From Pyrinomonadaceae bacterium (GTDB lineage Bacteria > Acidobacteriota > Blastocatellia > Pyrinomonadales > Pyrinomonadaceae), in NCBI GenBank assembly GCA_013003295.1, contig JABDJV010000101.1, positions 1 through 58,515 of the forward strand: a stretch of DNA of 58,515 nt, given 5' to 3'. Shown here piece by piece: positions 9,001 to 18,400 of the stretch. Positions within the stretch are counted from its first letter, which is position 1; every line of letters begins with the position of its first letter. A program made the position numbers and the translations under genes. The notes beneath the pieces are model-generated. The model had not been told where the DNA came from, ran no database searches, and saw only the letters and a program-made list of their open reading frames with translations.

Positions 9001-10002
9001 CTCCAACCGCTTGACCGCAATTCACCGGGTGATTTTTTGGATGAGCTTTTGATTGACCGTACATCGAGGCCGGGACCAGGTGCGGGCCGCATTCGCGGCG
9101 GTGCCTTTTGGGGTGCTGTTTTACAAGGCCGCTTCCCACTTAACTTCTTTTCAGCGAATCCGTTTTTAGCGAGCTCAAGACGGCTCACTAACACCAGCTT
9201 TTCGACCTACCATGCGATGGAGCTTGAGGTCCGGCGAAGATTCGCCCGCGGATTTACGATGCAGGCCAATTACACCTTTGGAAAAGCACTTTCGGATTTC
9301 GATGGCGACAACAGCATACTTACCAACGACACGCGGGCAAGCTCGGTACGTAACCAACGCTACAGCGTAAGGCAGATCATGCCAAGGCACCTGTTTAAGG
9401 CAAATTGGATCTACGAGCTGCCGTTTGGAAATGGCAAAGCCTTTGATACGGAAAATCGTGTCTTAAGAACTTTGTTAAGCGGTTGGCAGTTTGGCGGAAT
9501 TGTAAACTGGCGCAGCGGCCGTCCGATCTCGATCGTTTCCGGCGTCGGTACAAATCATCGTTCATCGATCTCCGATGACAATACTGTCAACCTATCGCAG
9601 CCATTATCGGCAAGCCAACTGCGGGACCTGACCGGAAGACAAGATATTGCCGGCGGTACGTTTTGGCTTGACCCGTGTTTGTCATTCAATACCGGTACCG
9701 CCTGCACAAATGCCGACGCGATTCAGGGTTTGTTCCAGCTGCCGAGGTCCGGTGAGTTGGGTGAGTTGACGCAAACGCCGATATACGGTCCGCGGAGATT
9801 CAGGTTCGACTTCAATCTTTCAAAACGAACTAAACTCACAGAAGATATGAATATGGAATTCCGCTGGGAGGTGTTCAACGCCTTTAATCACGTAAACTTT
9901 GGTCTGCCGTCGACCAATATCTTCAGCACCAGCTTTGGTCAGACGACGACTACGATCACCAATCCACGGTTGATGCAATTTGCGTTGAAGTTGAACTTCT
10001 AG
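6058..10002 (+). CDS. TonB-dependent outer-membrane receptor with N-terminal carboxypeptidase-regulatory-like domain
   Basis: 1314 aa with a signal peptide. GQIEGTVVDGTKAVIPGATVTV is CarboxypepD_reg-like; a plug-like region follows (LPLNGRN, HGQRHSSVNISLDGID); the C-terminal residue is F, typical of OM barrels. Confidence 0.85.
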   Translation: MKRYLCERIIGLVMMSLLAAGMLAAQETTGQIEGTVVDGTKAVIPGATVTVTHVATNTIYTATTSSGGKFAVPNARLGMYTVAIEAASFRRTVVRDVLVEVGKTASLKITMQVGGIQEEVVVDASEAQELVNTTNAELSTVVDERRVQELPLNGRNASHLALNEAGVYHERSPDGQGNKLIVHGQRHSSVNISLDGIDTQDNLIRTSTIMLDQPLLPLAAENVQEFKVVTGISSAEYSRGGVQISAVTRSGGNEFHGSVFWFHRNDIFNANDFFNNGAGVERPKLIRNQFGGRIGGPIFKDKTFFFFGYEQQRQSRGIAVNRTVYTAEARQGIFRYLDNVLTTPENVAANPGLIRTVNLLECSANVQALNGQFCVDDRFDMANPTSLDPFIAGTVFPSIPLPNNFVLGDGLNTGGFRFNAASLLYQHLPSFRLDHKFNDNHSFFGTINYTDREIDGDFINNREPRFPDLGPLGARLTHSKGFGAGLRSTFSPTIFNEFRFGFLGGENAFQRKQPYGTSYTINLNTVTDPYEPGGGDSVRDNVTVHFRDTLTWIRGDHQLKFGGEFRHRWVDNYSFFATSPEFLMDDNAFSPGFSESDLERLATGNTSGDIESADIERARDLMNNLVGAISTVEIRYNATDINSGFVPGAPERKKYRVREYDFFVQDNWNLKPNLTLNLGVRWEYAGVPIETQGLLLLPDGGEDSVFGVSGPDGYFNPGVFNGTPCPTLGMLPLAPTSANVTALFDACTVKYSPGGANNGRPFWDNDYNNFAPVIGVAWNPFKDGKTSIRAGFRISYAQNNFNIVDGNADDNEGLTVNQTCIPDDGTCVTNTLFLRDLGANLPVPAVPAFNLPASRSILDSTTQDHRSFTSNLGTPTYTEWTVGFQREIIPDLAVEVRYVGNRGDNLRRVEDYNEYNINAFDPISGMTYLDSFLLAQQNLACNRANGEERWDTRGHACSVANPLLMDLIAADPSRLRSGANRLQPLDRNSPGDFLDELLIDRTSRPGPGAGRIRGGAFWGAVLQGRFPLNFFSANPFLASSRRLTNTSFSTYHAMELEVRRRFARGFTMQANYTFGKALSDFDGDNSILTNDTRASSVRNQRYSVRQIMPRHLFKANWIYELPFGNGKAFDTENRVLRTLLSGWQFGGIVNWRSGRPISIVSGVGTNHRSSISDDNTVNLSQPLSASQLRDLTGRQDIAGGTFWLDPCLSFNTGTACTNADAIQGLFQLPRSGELGELTQTPIYGPRRFRFDFNLSKRTKLTEDMNMEFRWEVFNAFNHVNFGLPSTNIFSTSFGQTTTTITNPRLMQFALKLNF

Positions 10003-10103
10003 TTTTTGTTTATATGCCGAAATTGTCGGTTTTGTTTCTACGTAATTGGAGACAAAACCGATTTTTTTATCCGCCTGCGGTAAGGATTACAAGCTTAAAT
10101 TAT

Positions 10104-11375
10104 ATGAAGAATAAATTTTATCTGCCCGTTCACGTTTTACTCGTTGTATGTTTTTGTATCTCGAGCATTTTTGGGCAATTAGTAAATGACGTTTCGAGTC
10201 TTTTGGAAAAGCCGAATGTCAAAAAAGCGTTTGAATACATACGCGAAATTGAGCCGGAAACGATCGAAGAACAGATCAAGCTTACAGAAATTCCCGCCCC
10301 GACATTTCAGGAGCAGAAACGCGGATTATATTTTAAGAAGCGTTTCGAGGAGATCGGACTCAGCAATGTGCGAATTGACTCCGTCGGAAACGTTATCGGC
10401 GAGCGCAATGGAAAAGGAGGCAAGGATGCACCTACGCTTGTCTTAGCCGCTCATCTGGACACCGTTTTTGCGATGGAAACTAAACTCGAAACCAGACGCG
10501 AAGGTACCATTATCAAGCTTCCCGGGATAAGCGATGATGGCAGGGGATTAACGCTTCTGCTGGCGATCGCAAAAACACTCGAAAAACACGGAATCGAGAC
10601 TATTGGAAATATAATCTTCGTTGCAAATGTAGGCGAAGAGGGCCTCGGTGACCTAAAAGGGGTTAGGCATCTTTTTAACGTGGAGCTGAAAGATAGAATC
10701 ACGCACTTCATTTCCATCGACGGAGCGGGACTCGGTGTTACAACCGGAGCGGTTGGGAGTAAACGCTATCGGGTAACCTTCTCGGGCAGGGGTGGACATT
10801 CTTACGGTGCATTTGGCATGGCAAATCCGATCCACGCGGTCGGAAGGCTGATCGCGAAGGTTTCCAATTTTCAAACGCCGGTCGATCCGAAAACAACCTT
10901 TAGTGTCGGGATGATCCGCGGCGGCACGAGCGTGAATTCAATTGCCCGAACGGCTTCGTTTGATATAGACATGCGGTCAAGGGATCCCTACGAGCTATCC
11001 AGGCTCGACAAAAGGTTTAAACAAAACGCGCAAGCCGCACTCGATGAAGAAAACGCCCGGTGGAAGAATAAGGGTAAGATCAGACTGGATATCAAACTCA
11101 TCGGCGATCGGCCAACCGGAACCCAACCCCAGGATTCTCCAATTATCCAGGTAGCTGCTTCAGCCAATAAATTCATGAAAATCGAAAACGATTTTGGGTT
11201 TTCGAGCACGGATTCGAATATGCCGATCAGCATAGGTGTTCCGGCGATCACGATCGACGGCGGCGGAAAAGGAAAGGGAGCGCATTCGCTTGATGAGCAG
11301 TGGGATTCGAAAGATAGCCACATTGGAAGCCAGCGTGCGCTGTTAATAGCGCTTGGTGTTGTCGGCGTCCAATAG
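10104..11375 (+). CDS. M20 family metallopeptidase (peptidase T / tripeptidase-like), secreted
   Basis: Motifs AAHLDTVF, VGEEGLGDLKG and GGHSYGAFG. I prefer ATG 10104 (MKNKFYLPVHVLLVVCF signal peptide) over the upstream ATG 10014. Confidence 0.8.
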   Translation: MKNKFYLPVHVLLVVCFCISSIFGQLVNDVSSLLEKPNVKKAFEYIREIEPETIEEQIKLTEIPAPTFQEQKRGLYFKKRFEEIGLSNVRIDSVGNVIGERNGKGGKDAPTLVLAAHLDTVFAMETKLETRREGTIIKLPGISDDGRGLTLLLAIAKTLEKHGIETIGNIIFVANVGEEGLGDLKGVRHLFNVELKDRITHFISIDGAGLGVTTGAVGSKRYRVTFSGRGGHSYGAFGMANPIHAVGRLIAKVSNFQTPVDPKTTFSVGMIRGGTSVNSIARTASFDIDMRSRDPYELSRLDKRFKQNAQAALDEENARWKNKGKIRLDIKLIGDRPTGTQPQDSPIIQVAASANKFMKIENDFGFSSTDSNMPISIGVPAITIDGGGKGKGAHSLDEQWDSKDSHIGSQRALLIALGVVGVQ

Positions 11376-11385
11376 GGTTTAAAAT

Positions 11386-12330
11386 ATGACAAGACATTCT
11401 ATCAACCTGATTTTGTTAACAGCATTATGTATGCTCCTTTTGGCGTTCCCTGTGCTTTCGCAGACCGAAAATTTTTCACGTTTGCCGATCACGCGGGAGG
11501 CCTGGAAAAAGCCTTTCCCTGCGTACCGTGTTGTTGGAAACCTGTATTATGTTGGCGGTTACGATCTCGCGTCGTTTATGATTACCACCGATAAAGGGCA
11601 TATCCTTGTAAACACAGGTGTTTACGATTCTGTTGACGGGATAAAGAAAAGCGTCGAATCTCTCGGTTTTTCCTTTTCCGATGTAAAGGTCTTGCTTTCG
11701 ATGCAGGCCCATTGGGATCACGTCGCTGGATTCGCGGAAATAAAACGCATGACGGGGGCCAAACTCTTTGCTCATAGGGCAGATGCTCCCGTTTTAGAAT
11801 CGGGCGGTGTTCATCAGTTTTTCAACTCTGATCCGCTGAAGTTTTCAAAAAGGTTTGGCGGTGCCGTTTTCGAACCGGTTAAGGTTGATCGGCGTCTTAA
11901 ACACGGCAGCACGATTCGGCTGGGAAACACAAAAATAAAACTTCATCATCACGGCGGACATACAAAGGGAGCGAGCACCTTTACGTTTACCACGCGTGAT
12001 AAAGGTAAGAAATATAAAGTTGCGATAGTAAATATGGGAAGCGTAAATACCAGCCGCGGGGTTAAGCTAACCGGAATGCGGCTTTTTCCCAATATCGCGA
12101 AAACATACAGACGAACATTTAAGAGGCAGAATCGTTTGAAATTTGATATTTGGGTATCCTCACACGCGAGTCATTTCAATATGCACGATAAGGTCAAACC
12201 AAGCGACAAGTATGACCCAAAACGCTTCGTCGACCCGCAGGGTTATCGGGTAAAAATTGAGCTCTACGAAAAACGTTTCCTGGACACATGGCAAAAAGAG
12301 AAGACAAATCTAATTTCACGGGATGATTAA
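11386..12330 (+). CDS. Subclass B3-like metallo-beta-lactamase fold protein, secreted
   Basis: NLYYVGGYDLASFMITTDKGHILVNTG is the typical B3 N-terminal block. Metal motif Q-A-H-W-D-H, later GGHTKGAST and SSHASHF. Signal peptide present. Confidence 0.75.
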   Translation: MTRHSINLILLTALCMLLLAFPVLSQTENFSRLPITREAWKKPFPAYRVVGNLYYVGGYDLASFMITTDKGHILVNTGVYDSVDGIKKSVESLGFSFSDVKVLLSMQAHWDHVAGFAEIKRMTGAKLFAHRADAPVLESGGVHQFFNSDPLKFSKRFGGAVFEPVKVDRRLKHGSTIRLGNTKIKLHHHGGHTKGASTFTFTTRDKGKKYKVAIVNMGSVNTSRGVKLTGMRLFPNIAKTYRRTFKRQNRLKFDIWVSSHASHFNMHDKVKPSDKYDPKRFVDPQGYRVKIELYEKRFLDTWQKEKTNLISRDD

Positions 12331-12335
12331 AAATT

Positions 12336-13688
12336 ATGGCTGAAAGAAAGAAAATGACACTAACGGTGAAGGTAGTATTGGGCTTGGTTTTAGGATTGGT
12401 CACTGGGGTAATCATCAACACCTTTCTAAGTGATAACGCATTTGTTAAAACGTGGTTAGTCGGTGGAATCTTCCACATGGTGGGAGCCATGTTCATCAAT
12501 TCACTGAAAATGCTGGTGGTTCCCTTGGTCACATTTTCTCTAATTTGCGGTGTATGTGGAATCGGAGATATCGCCGCACTCGGCCGTATCGGAACTAAAT
12601 CGTTTTTTCTCTATGTTCTGACCACGGCCATCGCCATTTCGACTGCAATTATTCTCGCAACCTTGATCGGTCCGGGACAAGGTTTTCAGATGGAAGGCAT
12701 AGAGGTAACGAAAGTTGCTGCAAAAGAAGCTCCTCCGATCACCCAGGTATTTATTGACATTATCCCTGGAAATCCAATCACCGCCTTTGCAAATGGCGAT
12801 ATGCTCAGCATTATCTTCTACGCGATAATGGTCGGCATTAGTCTTCTGATGATCGGAAAAGCCGTTAGACCTGTAGTTGAAGGCGCGGAGATGCTCAATG
12901 AAGTTGCGATGAAAATGGTCGATATCGTGATGAGTGTCGCTCATATAGGCGTGTTTTGTTTGATCGCAAAAACTTTTTCCGAGCAGGGAATTGGCTTATT
13001 GATGCCAATGGCCAGCTATTTCCTTACCGTTTTGGGGGCGTTAGCGATCCATTTATTCGTAACGATTTTGGTGCTGCTCTATGTCTTCACGCGTTTCAGT
13101 CCGATTGTGTTTATGAGAAAAATGCGAGACGCGCAAGCTTTTGCATTTTCGACGGCAAGTTCGAGTGCAACAATTCCTATAACATTGCGTTCGGTTATCG
13201 AGAGACTCGGCGTAAATAATTCGGTTGGTTCATTTACGGTTCCGCTTGGCGCAACCATAAATATGGATGGAACAGCCATAATGCAGGGTGTTGCTACTGT
13301 ATTTATCGCGAATGTTTACGGTGTTGAGCTTGGCATAGGCGGATATCTAACGGTTATCGGTATGGCTGTACTTGCTTCGATCGGAACGGCCGGAGTTCCG
13401 GGTGTTGGGCTAATCATGTTGGCAATGGTTCTAAATCAGGTTGGTTTACCGCTTGAGGGAATCGGAATCATTATGGGTGTTGATCGGCTTCTTGATATGT
13501 GTCGAACCTCTGTCAACATAACCGGTGACGCAATGGTCTCAACCGTTGTTGCAAAAGGTGAAAATAAAATTGATATCGATGTTTACAATGATCCTGAAGC
13601 CGGAATTTTCGACCCTGATGAAGAACTCGATTTTGATGATGAGGATGAAAAAGAATTTGAAGAAATAATGAAAAACAAACTTACATAG
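12336..13688 (+). CDS. Dicarboxylate/amino acid:cation symporter (DAACS, GltP-like)
   Basis: Polytopic membrane protein. Carries FSTASSSATIPIT and GATINMDGTA, conserved SLC1/DAACS motifs. Confidence 0.85.
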   Translation: MAERKKMTLTVKVVLGLVLGLVTGVIINTFLSDNAFVKTWLVGGIFHMVGAMFINSLKMLVVPLVTFSLICGVCGIGDIAALGRIGTKSFFLYVLTTAIAISTAIILATLIGPGQGFQMEGIEVTKVAAKEAPPITQVFIDIIPGNPITAFANGDMLSIIFYAIMVGISLLMIGKAVRPVVEGAEMLNEVAMKMVDIVMSVAHIGVFCLIAKTFSEQGIGLLMPMASYFLTVLGALAIHLFVTILVLLYVFTRFSPIVFMRKMRDAQAFAFSTASSSATIPITLRSVIERLGVNNSVGSFTVPLGATINMDGTAIMQGVATVFIANVYGVELGIGGYLTVIGMAVLASIGTAGVPGVGLIMLAMVLNQVGLPLEGIGIIMGVDRLLDMCRTSVNITGDAMVSTVVAKGENKIDIDVYNDPEAGIFDPDEELDFDDEDEKEFEEIMKNKLT

Positions 13689-13823
13689 AAGAAGTTTATC
13701 TGTTTAAGCAGCGCTAAAGTGAAGTGTGATATTCAATTGTTTGAAAAGCACTTACATTTCGACCTTTTCTTACAGGCGTTGTTAGCTTTGGATCGGGAAA
13801 AACAATTCTAAAGCTCAAAATCC

Positions 13824-15308
13824 ATGACCCAAAACACGATGAAACTAAACACCAAAAAAGCAGGTCTGGCTGCCGGGCCGATCGCGTTTCTCCTCATCCT
13901 ATTCTTCTTTCACCCGGAAGGTTTATCCAAAGAGGCCAATGCGATTCTTGCCTCAACGGCCTGGGTTGCGATCTGGTGGATCACTGAAGCCCTGCCTATT
14001 TCTGTAACGGCGCTCCTACCGATAATTCTATTTCCGCTTACGGGCGGGCTTGATCTGACGAAAACCACCGCTTCCTTTGGACACAAATATATATTTCTAT
14101 ACATCGGCGGATTCATTCTGGCGATCGCGATTGAGAAGTGGAATCTGCATCGACGGATCGCTCTCTCGATCATCAATTTTGTCGGCACTGACGTTGTTAA
14201 GATCATTTTGGGGTTTATGATCGCAACGGCATTTATGTCAATGTGGATATCGAATACCGCAACGACGGTTATGATGCTTCCGATCGGCATGGCGATCGTC
14301 GCTCAACTGCGGGATAACCCGGCGACTGAAGAAAACGAAAACTTAATATTTGGAAAAGCTCTGATGCTGGCGATCGCCTATAGCGCGTCGATCGGTGGTA
14401 TCGCGACCCTGATCGGAACGCCCCCAAACCTGGTTTTGGCAGGTGTCGTTCAGGAAACCTATGGAATCGAGATCACATTTTCAAAGTGGGTCATGTTTGG
14501 CCTGCCGATCTCGATCACGCTGCTCTTCATATGCTGGCAGTATCTCACGCGTTTTGCATTCAGGTTTAAGCAAAAAGAATTTCCCGGCGGAAAAGCGGAG
14601 ATCAAAAAGCAGCTGGACGCCCTGGGAAAGATCTCATTTGAGGAAAAGATCGTTCTTGGCGTGTTTGTTTTTACGGCTTTTGCGTGGATAACCCGGTCAT
14701 TTCTCATCAAGCAGTTTATTCCCGCGATCGACGATACAATCATAGCAATGTTTTCAGCCGTAGTGTTGTTTTTGCTTCCAGCCAAAGAGAAGGGCAAACG
14801 GATCATTAATTGGGATGAAGCGGTAAAACTTCCCTGGGGAATCCTGCTTCTTTTTGGCGGCGGAATGGCTCTGGCAGCCGGGTTTCAATCGAGCGGCCTG
14901 GCCAAATGGATCGGCGGGCAGATCACTCTGCTGCAGGGTGTTTCGATCATACTCTTAGTTTTTATACTCATTGCTGCTGTAAACTTCTTGACCGAGATCA
15001 CATCTAACCTGGCAACAACGGCGATGCTTCTTCCGATACTCGCGCCAATGGCCCTGACGATCGATGTACACCCATTCTTGCTAATGGTCGCCGCCACGGT
15101 CGCCGCCTCCTGCGCGTTTATGCTTCCGGTCGCGACACCGCCAAATGCGGTCGTATTCGGATCGGGTTACCTAAAGATACCTGATATGGTAAAAACGGGG
15201 ATATGGATGAATTTGCTTTCGATACTGCTTTTGTCCATGATCGTCTATTTCCTTTTGCCGTATCTTTGGAATTTTGAAACGACGCCGTTTCCGGACATAC
15301 TAAAGTGA
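13824..15308 (+). CDS. SLC13/DASS family anion:sodium symporter
   Basis: 494-aa polytopic protein with duplicated SNTAT-type (SNTATTVMMLPI) and TSNLATTAMLLPI hairpin motifs and GTPPN / ATPPN. Confidence 0.85.
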   Translation: MTQNTMKLNTKKAGLAAGPIAFLLILFFFHPEGLSKEANAILASTAWVAIWWITEALPISVTALLPIILFPLTGGLDLTKTTASFGHKYIFLYIGGFILAIAIEKWNLHRRIALSIINFVGTDVVKIILGFMIATAFMSMWISNTATTVMMLPIGMAIVAQLRDNPATEENENLIFGKALMLAIAYSASIGGIATLIGTPPNLVLAGVVQETYGIEITFSKWVMFGLPISITLLFICWQYLTRFAFRFKQKEFPGGKAEIKKQLDALGKISFEEKIVLGVFVFTAFAWITRSFLIKQFIPAIDDTIIAMFSAVVLFLLPAKEKGKRIINWDEAVKLPWGILLLFGGGMALAAGFQSSGLAKWIGGQITLLQGVSIILLVFILIAAVNFLTEITSNLATTAMLLPILAPMALTIDVHPFLLMVAATVAASCAFMLPVATPPNAVVFGSGYLKIPDMVKTGIWMNLLSILLLSMIVYFLLPYLWNFETTPFPDILK

Positions 15309-15468
15309 AATGAGAATATGTAATTATCCTGATAATTGCCTTCGCGATTGTTTCCCACCGGCATATTGGAAAAACTAAGTTCGACGCGAGAATCGGTATA
15401 AAAAGCCGGCCGCTCTACTAATAATCCACGATCGCCGGGTATTGATTTACGATGCCCATCGGAAAATT

Positions 15469-15497
15469 TTGTCGTGTCTATTTTTTTGAACTATAAT
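15469..15497 (+). promoter_or_regulatory. Sigma70-type promoter candidate
   Basis: TTGTCG (15469-15474), 17-nt spacer, TATAAT (15492-15497). Followed by SD AAGGAGA (15531-15537) and GTG 15545. Confidence 0.45.
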
Positions 15498-15544
15498 CGC
15501 ATTACTCAGCTTTGTGCAGTATACGCCAGACAAGGAGAATTTCT

Positions 15545-16027
15545 GTGAGTAAATCGATTCGCGTTTATGAGTATGTAAATCACCCTTACGAGGCCGTAAA
15601 ACTAGCTCTTCAGACTGAAGCTTCGGAAATTTTTCAAAACGCGACAAAGGTCGCGGCTTCAAGGGCCCAAACGGTAGCTTCCGAGCTGCACGTGAATATT
15701 GCAGGCATCGAGGTTGGCACGGATATTTCCATTTCGGTAAACGCGATCGAGGAGGTCGAAAAAAAAGTGATGGCCCCTCAAAAAACGATCCTTGAGATCG
15801 AATGGGAAGCCGCAAAAGCGCCGCGCTTTTTTCCTCTCATGAAAGCCGAGCTTGAGGTTTACCCATTGACTTCTACAGAGACGCAGCTGGACCTTTCGGG
15901 AAACTATGAACCGCCTTTTGGTTGGATCGGTACGGCCGTGGATGCACTTGTCGGACACCGAATTGCCGAAGCTTCGGTCCACCAGTTTATAAAGGATGTT
16001 GCGACTTATCTAAGGACCCAACTCTAA
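15545..16027 (+). CDS. Hypothetical protein, possibly SRPBCC-like
   Basis: Start moved to GTG 15545 because AAGGAGA lies 7 nt upstream. Family assignment is weak. Confidence 0.5.
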   Translation: MSKSIRVYEYVNHPYEAVKLALQTEASEIFQNATKVAASRAQTVASELHVNIAGIEVGTDISISVNAIEEVEKKVMAPQKTILEIEWEAAKAPRFFPLMKAELEVYPLTSTETQLDLSGNYEPPFGWIGTAVDALVGHRIAEASVHQFIKDVATYLRTQL

Positions 16028-16134
16028 TGACCGGGCGTGGACTAAGTTTCCCTTTTGGGGATCATTCATGAGCTAGAACTTCTAGAAATACCGTTGAAAG
16101 AAACATTTGAATAGAAACCCGCGTAGAATCTCTG

Positions 16135-17019
16135 ATGATATTTAAAAAGAGTACTAACATCGCGGGTTTCTTTCTTTTGCTTACCGTATTTCTCAGCTGT
16201 CAAACCTCAGCCCAGAAGGTGTTGGAATATACTCAATTCAAAAATCCCGAGCCAGTCACAATTCGCGGATTTGACGATCACGCGATGGAGCCGTTTGTCT
16301 CCCGCGATGGCGAATACCTTTTTTTTAACAATTCGAATGCTCCCGGGGTCAATACCGAGATTCATTACGCCACCCGAATTGATGATCTGACATATCAATA
16401 CAAAGGAATATTAAAAGGAGCAAGCTCGGACAAGCTTGACGGCGTTCCGACCATGGATGAAGAGGGAAATTTCTACTTTGTATCGGTAAGAAACTATTTC
16501 AACGATTTTCAAACCATATATGGCGGAAAGTTTTCGGGTGGTGATCTGACAAACGTCGGGATCGTGTACGGGATATCGAAGAAGAAGCTCGGTCATTTGA
16601 ATTTTGATCTGGAAGTAAGCGCCGATGGAAACACGATCTATTTTGTCGACGGTATTTTCTCCGGAAAGCCCTTTCCGGACAAGGCGGATATTGCGATCGC
16701 CGTGAAACGCGAGGGAAAATTTAAGCGCCTCTCGGGCAGCGAGGAGATCTTAGACAAGATCAATACTAAAAGGCTCGAATATGCACCCGCGATCTCTGAA
16801 GATGAACTCGAAATCTTCTTCACCCGCCATATGAGCAAACAAAAGCTTGGAATATTCCGTGCCGTTCGAAAGGAAAAAGACTTGCCATTCGGAAAACCAA
16901 GATGGGTATCCGCGATAAAAGGTCATATCGAGGCACCAACACTTTCTCCAGACGAAAGATCGCTCTATTACCACAAAAAAGAAAACGGAAAATTTGTTAT
17001 TTATCGTGTAACGAGATAA
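16135..17019 (+). CDS. Periplasmic PD40/TolB-like beta-propeller repeat protein
   Basis: Signal peptide. Repeated PD40-like motifs (FVSRDGEYLFFNNS, EVSADGNTIYFV, APAISEDELEIFFTR, PTLSPDERSLYY). Confidence 0.55.
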   Translation: MIFKKSTNIAGFFLLLTVFLSCQTSAQKVLEYTQFKNPEPVTIRGFDDHAMEPFVSRDGEYLFFNNSNAPGVNTEIHYATRIDDLTYQYKGILKGASSDKLDGVPTMDEEGNFYFVSVRNYFNDFQTIYGGKFSGGDLTNVGIVYGISKKKLGHLNFDLEVSADGNTIYFVDGIFSGKPFPDKADIAIAVKREGKFKRLSGSEEILDKINTKRLEYAPAISEDELEIFFTRHMSKQKLGIFRAVRKEKDLPFGKPRWVSAIKGHIEAPTLSPDERSLYYHKKENGKFVIYRVTR

Positions 17020-17026
17020 TTTAGCG

Positions 17027-17815
17027 GTGATTCCTTTTGATTTCTGCTGTTTTGCTATGGCACCCAGAGAATATATGACAAATAACAAAGATCTGCCAAA
17101 AGGCTCTGATAAGCGTGATTTTTCAGATTTAAAAGCGCTATTTATTAATTGCACTCTGAAACCAGCTGCACAGATGTCGCACACCGACGGCTTGATAATG
17201 AAATCCGCGGCGATTATGACAAAAAGCGGCGTAACCGTCGAGAAAATTCGGGCGAGTGATTTTGAGATAGCTCCGGGCGTTTATCATGATATGACAGAGC
17301 ACGGTTTTGAAAAGGATCAGTGGCCGGAAATTTATGACAAGGTAATGAACGCCGATATTTTGGTCCTTGGCACCCCCATCTGGCTCGGCGCAAAATCCTC
17401 AATTTGCTCGCGCGTCATAGAACGATTATATGCCGAATCAGGTAATACAAATGAACTCGGTCAATATATCTACTACGGGAAAGTGGGCGGCTGCATAATT
17501 ACCGGAAATGAGGATGGGATAAAACACTGCGCAATGAACATGCTCTATTCCATGCAACATCTCGGTTATACGATCCCGCCTCAAGCCGACGCCGGATGGA
17601 TCGGAGAAGCGGGGCCGGGACCATCGTATCTCGACGAAGGTTCAGGTGGTGAAGAGAATGAATTTACACAGAGAAACACCACTTTTATGACCTGGAATCT
17701 GATGCATCTTGCTTCAATTCTGAAACAATTGGGTGGGATTCCCGCATATGGAAACGTAAAAACTGACTGGGATGATGGTGAGCGTTTCGATTATCCAAAT
17801 CCGGAGTATCGATAG
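17027..17815 (+). CDS. Flavodoxin-like NAD(P)H-dependent FMN reductase family protein
   Basis: KALFINCTLK...NADILVLGTPIWLGAKSS pattern. Start uncertain: GTG 17027, or ATG 17057 or 17075. Confidence 0.65.
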   Translation: MIPFDFCCFAMAPREYMTNNKDLPKGSDKRDFSDLKALFINCTLKPAAQMSHTDGLIMKSAAIMTKSGVTVEKIRASDFEIAPGVYHDMTEHGFEKDQWPEIYDKVMNADILVLGTPIWLGAKSSICSRVIERLYAESGNTNELGQYIYYGKVGGCIITGNEDGIKHCAMNMLYSMQHLGYTIPPQADAGWIGEAGPGPSYLDEGSGGEENEFTQRNTTFMTWNLMHLASILKQLGGIPAYGNVKTDWDDGERFDYPNPEYR

Positions 17816-17818
17816 ATT

Positions 17819-18400
17819 ATGTCACAAAAAAATGTTTCTCTTCCGGTTTTGCTTGGAACACCACGGAAAGATCGCCAAAGCGAAAACGTGGCTAAATGGG
17901 TTCTTGGCAAAATGAACGAACGCGAAGAGATAAGTACTCATCTTTTCGACGTCCGCGACTTCGATTTGCCAAATGACCATTACGGAATGGAGATCAAAGA
18001 CCAGTTTCCCGAATGGCGCGATGCGATCATCGGAGCGGACGGATTGGTGATCGTTACACCTGAATATAATCATGGCTATCCGGGCGTAATGAAGAGTGTA
18101 TTAGACCTGCTGCTTCCCGAATACATTCACAAGGCGGTCGCATTTGTAAGTGTGTCGGCCGGTGTCTGGGGCGGAACACGGGTGATCGAGGCATGTGTAC
18201 CAATGGTTCGCGAGCTTGGCCTGGCGGTTACGTTTTCGGATCTTAATTTTCCGCAGGTTCAGAATAAGTTTGACGAAGAAGGCAAGCTTCTGGACGACGC
18301 CTATAATCGAAGAATTGTGGGATTTTTAGACGAGCTGGTCTGGATGAGCCGCACGCTGAAATGGGGCCGAGAGAATTTGTCTTCAAAGTTTCATGAGTGA
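17819..18400 (+). CDS. NADPH-dependent FMN reductase family protein
   Basis: LGTPRKDRQSENVAKWV...ADGLVIVTPEYNHGYPGVMKSVLD, the characteristic FMN_red motif. Confidence 0.75.
   Translation: MSQKNVSLPVLLGTPRKDRQSENVAKWVLGKMNEREEISTHLFDVRDFDLPNDHYGMEIKDQFPEWRDAIIGADGLVIVTPEYNHGYPGVMKSVLDLLLPEYIHKAVAFVSVSAGVWGGTRVIEACVPMVRELGLAVTFSDLNFPQVQNKFDEEGKLLDDAYNRRIVGFLDELVWMSRTLKWGRENLSSKFHE

Noticed and set aside
6070-9390. Multiple antisense or alternative-frame ORFs inside the TonB-dependent receptor gene (for example 6070-6393, 6829-7173, 8629-8922, 8919-9194).
   Set aside because: They lie fully inside a long, well-supported CDS and have no motifs. They are typical shadow ORFs. The same reasoning applies to overlapping ORFs inside pyk, GH15, eno, P450 and the other confident genes.
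10014-10103. N-terminal 30-codon extension of the M20 peptidase, and similar extensions at 23667-23729, 38867-38908, 43586-43612, 44553-44585, 15512-15544 and 21502-21531.
   Set aside because: Internal starts give canonical N-termini (signal peptide, Walker A, the OCD N-terminal block), better SD spacing, or both. The extensions overlap upstream genes or repeats.
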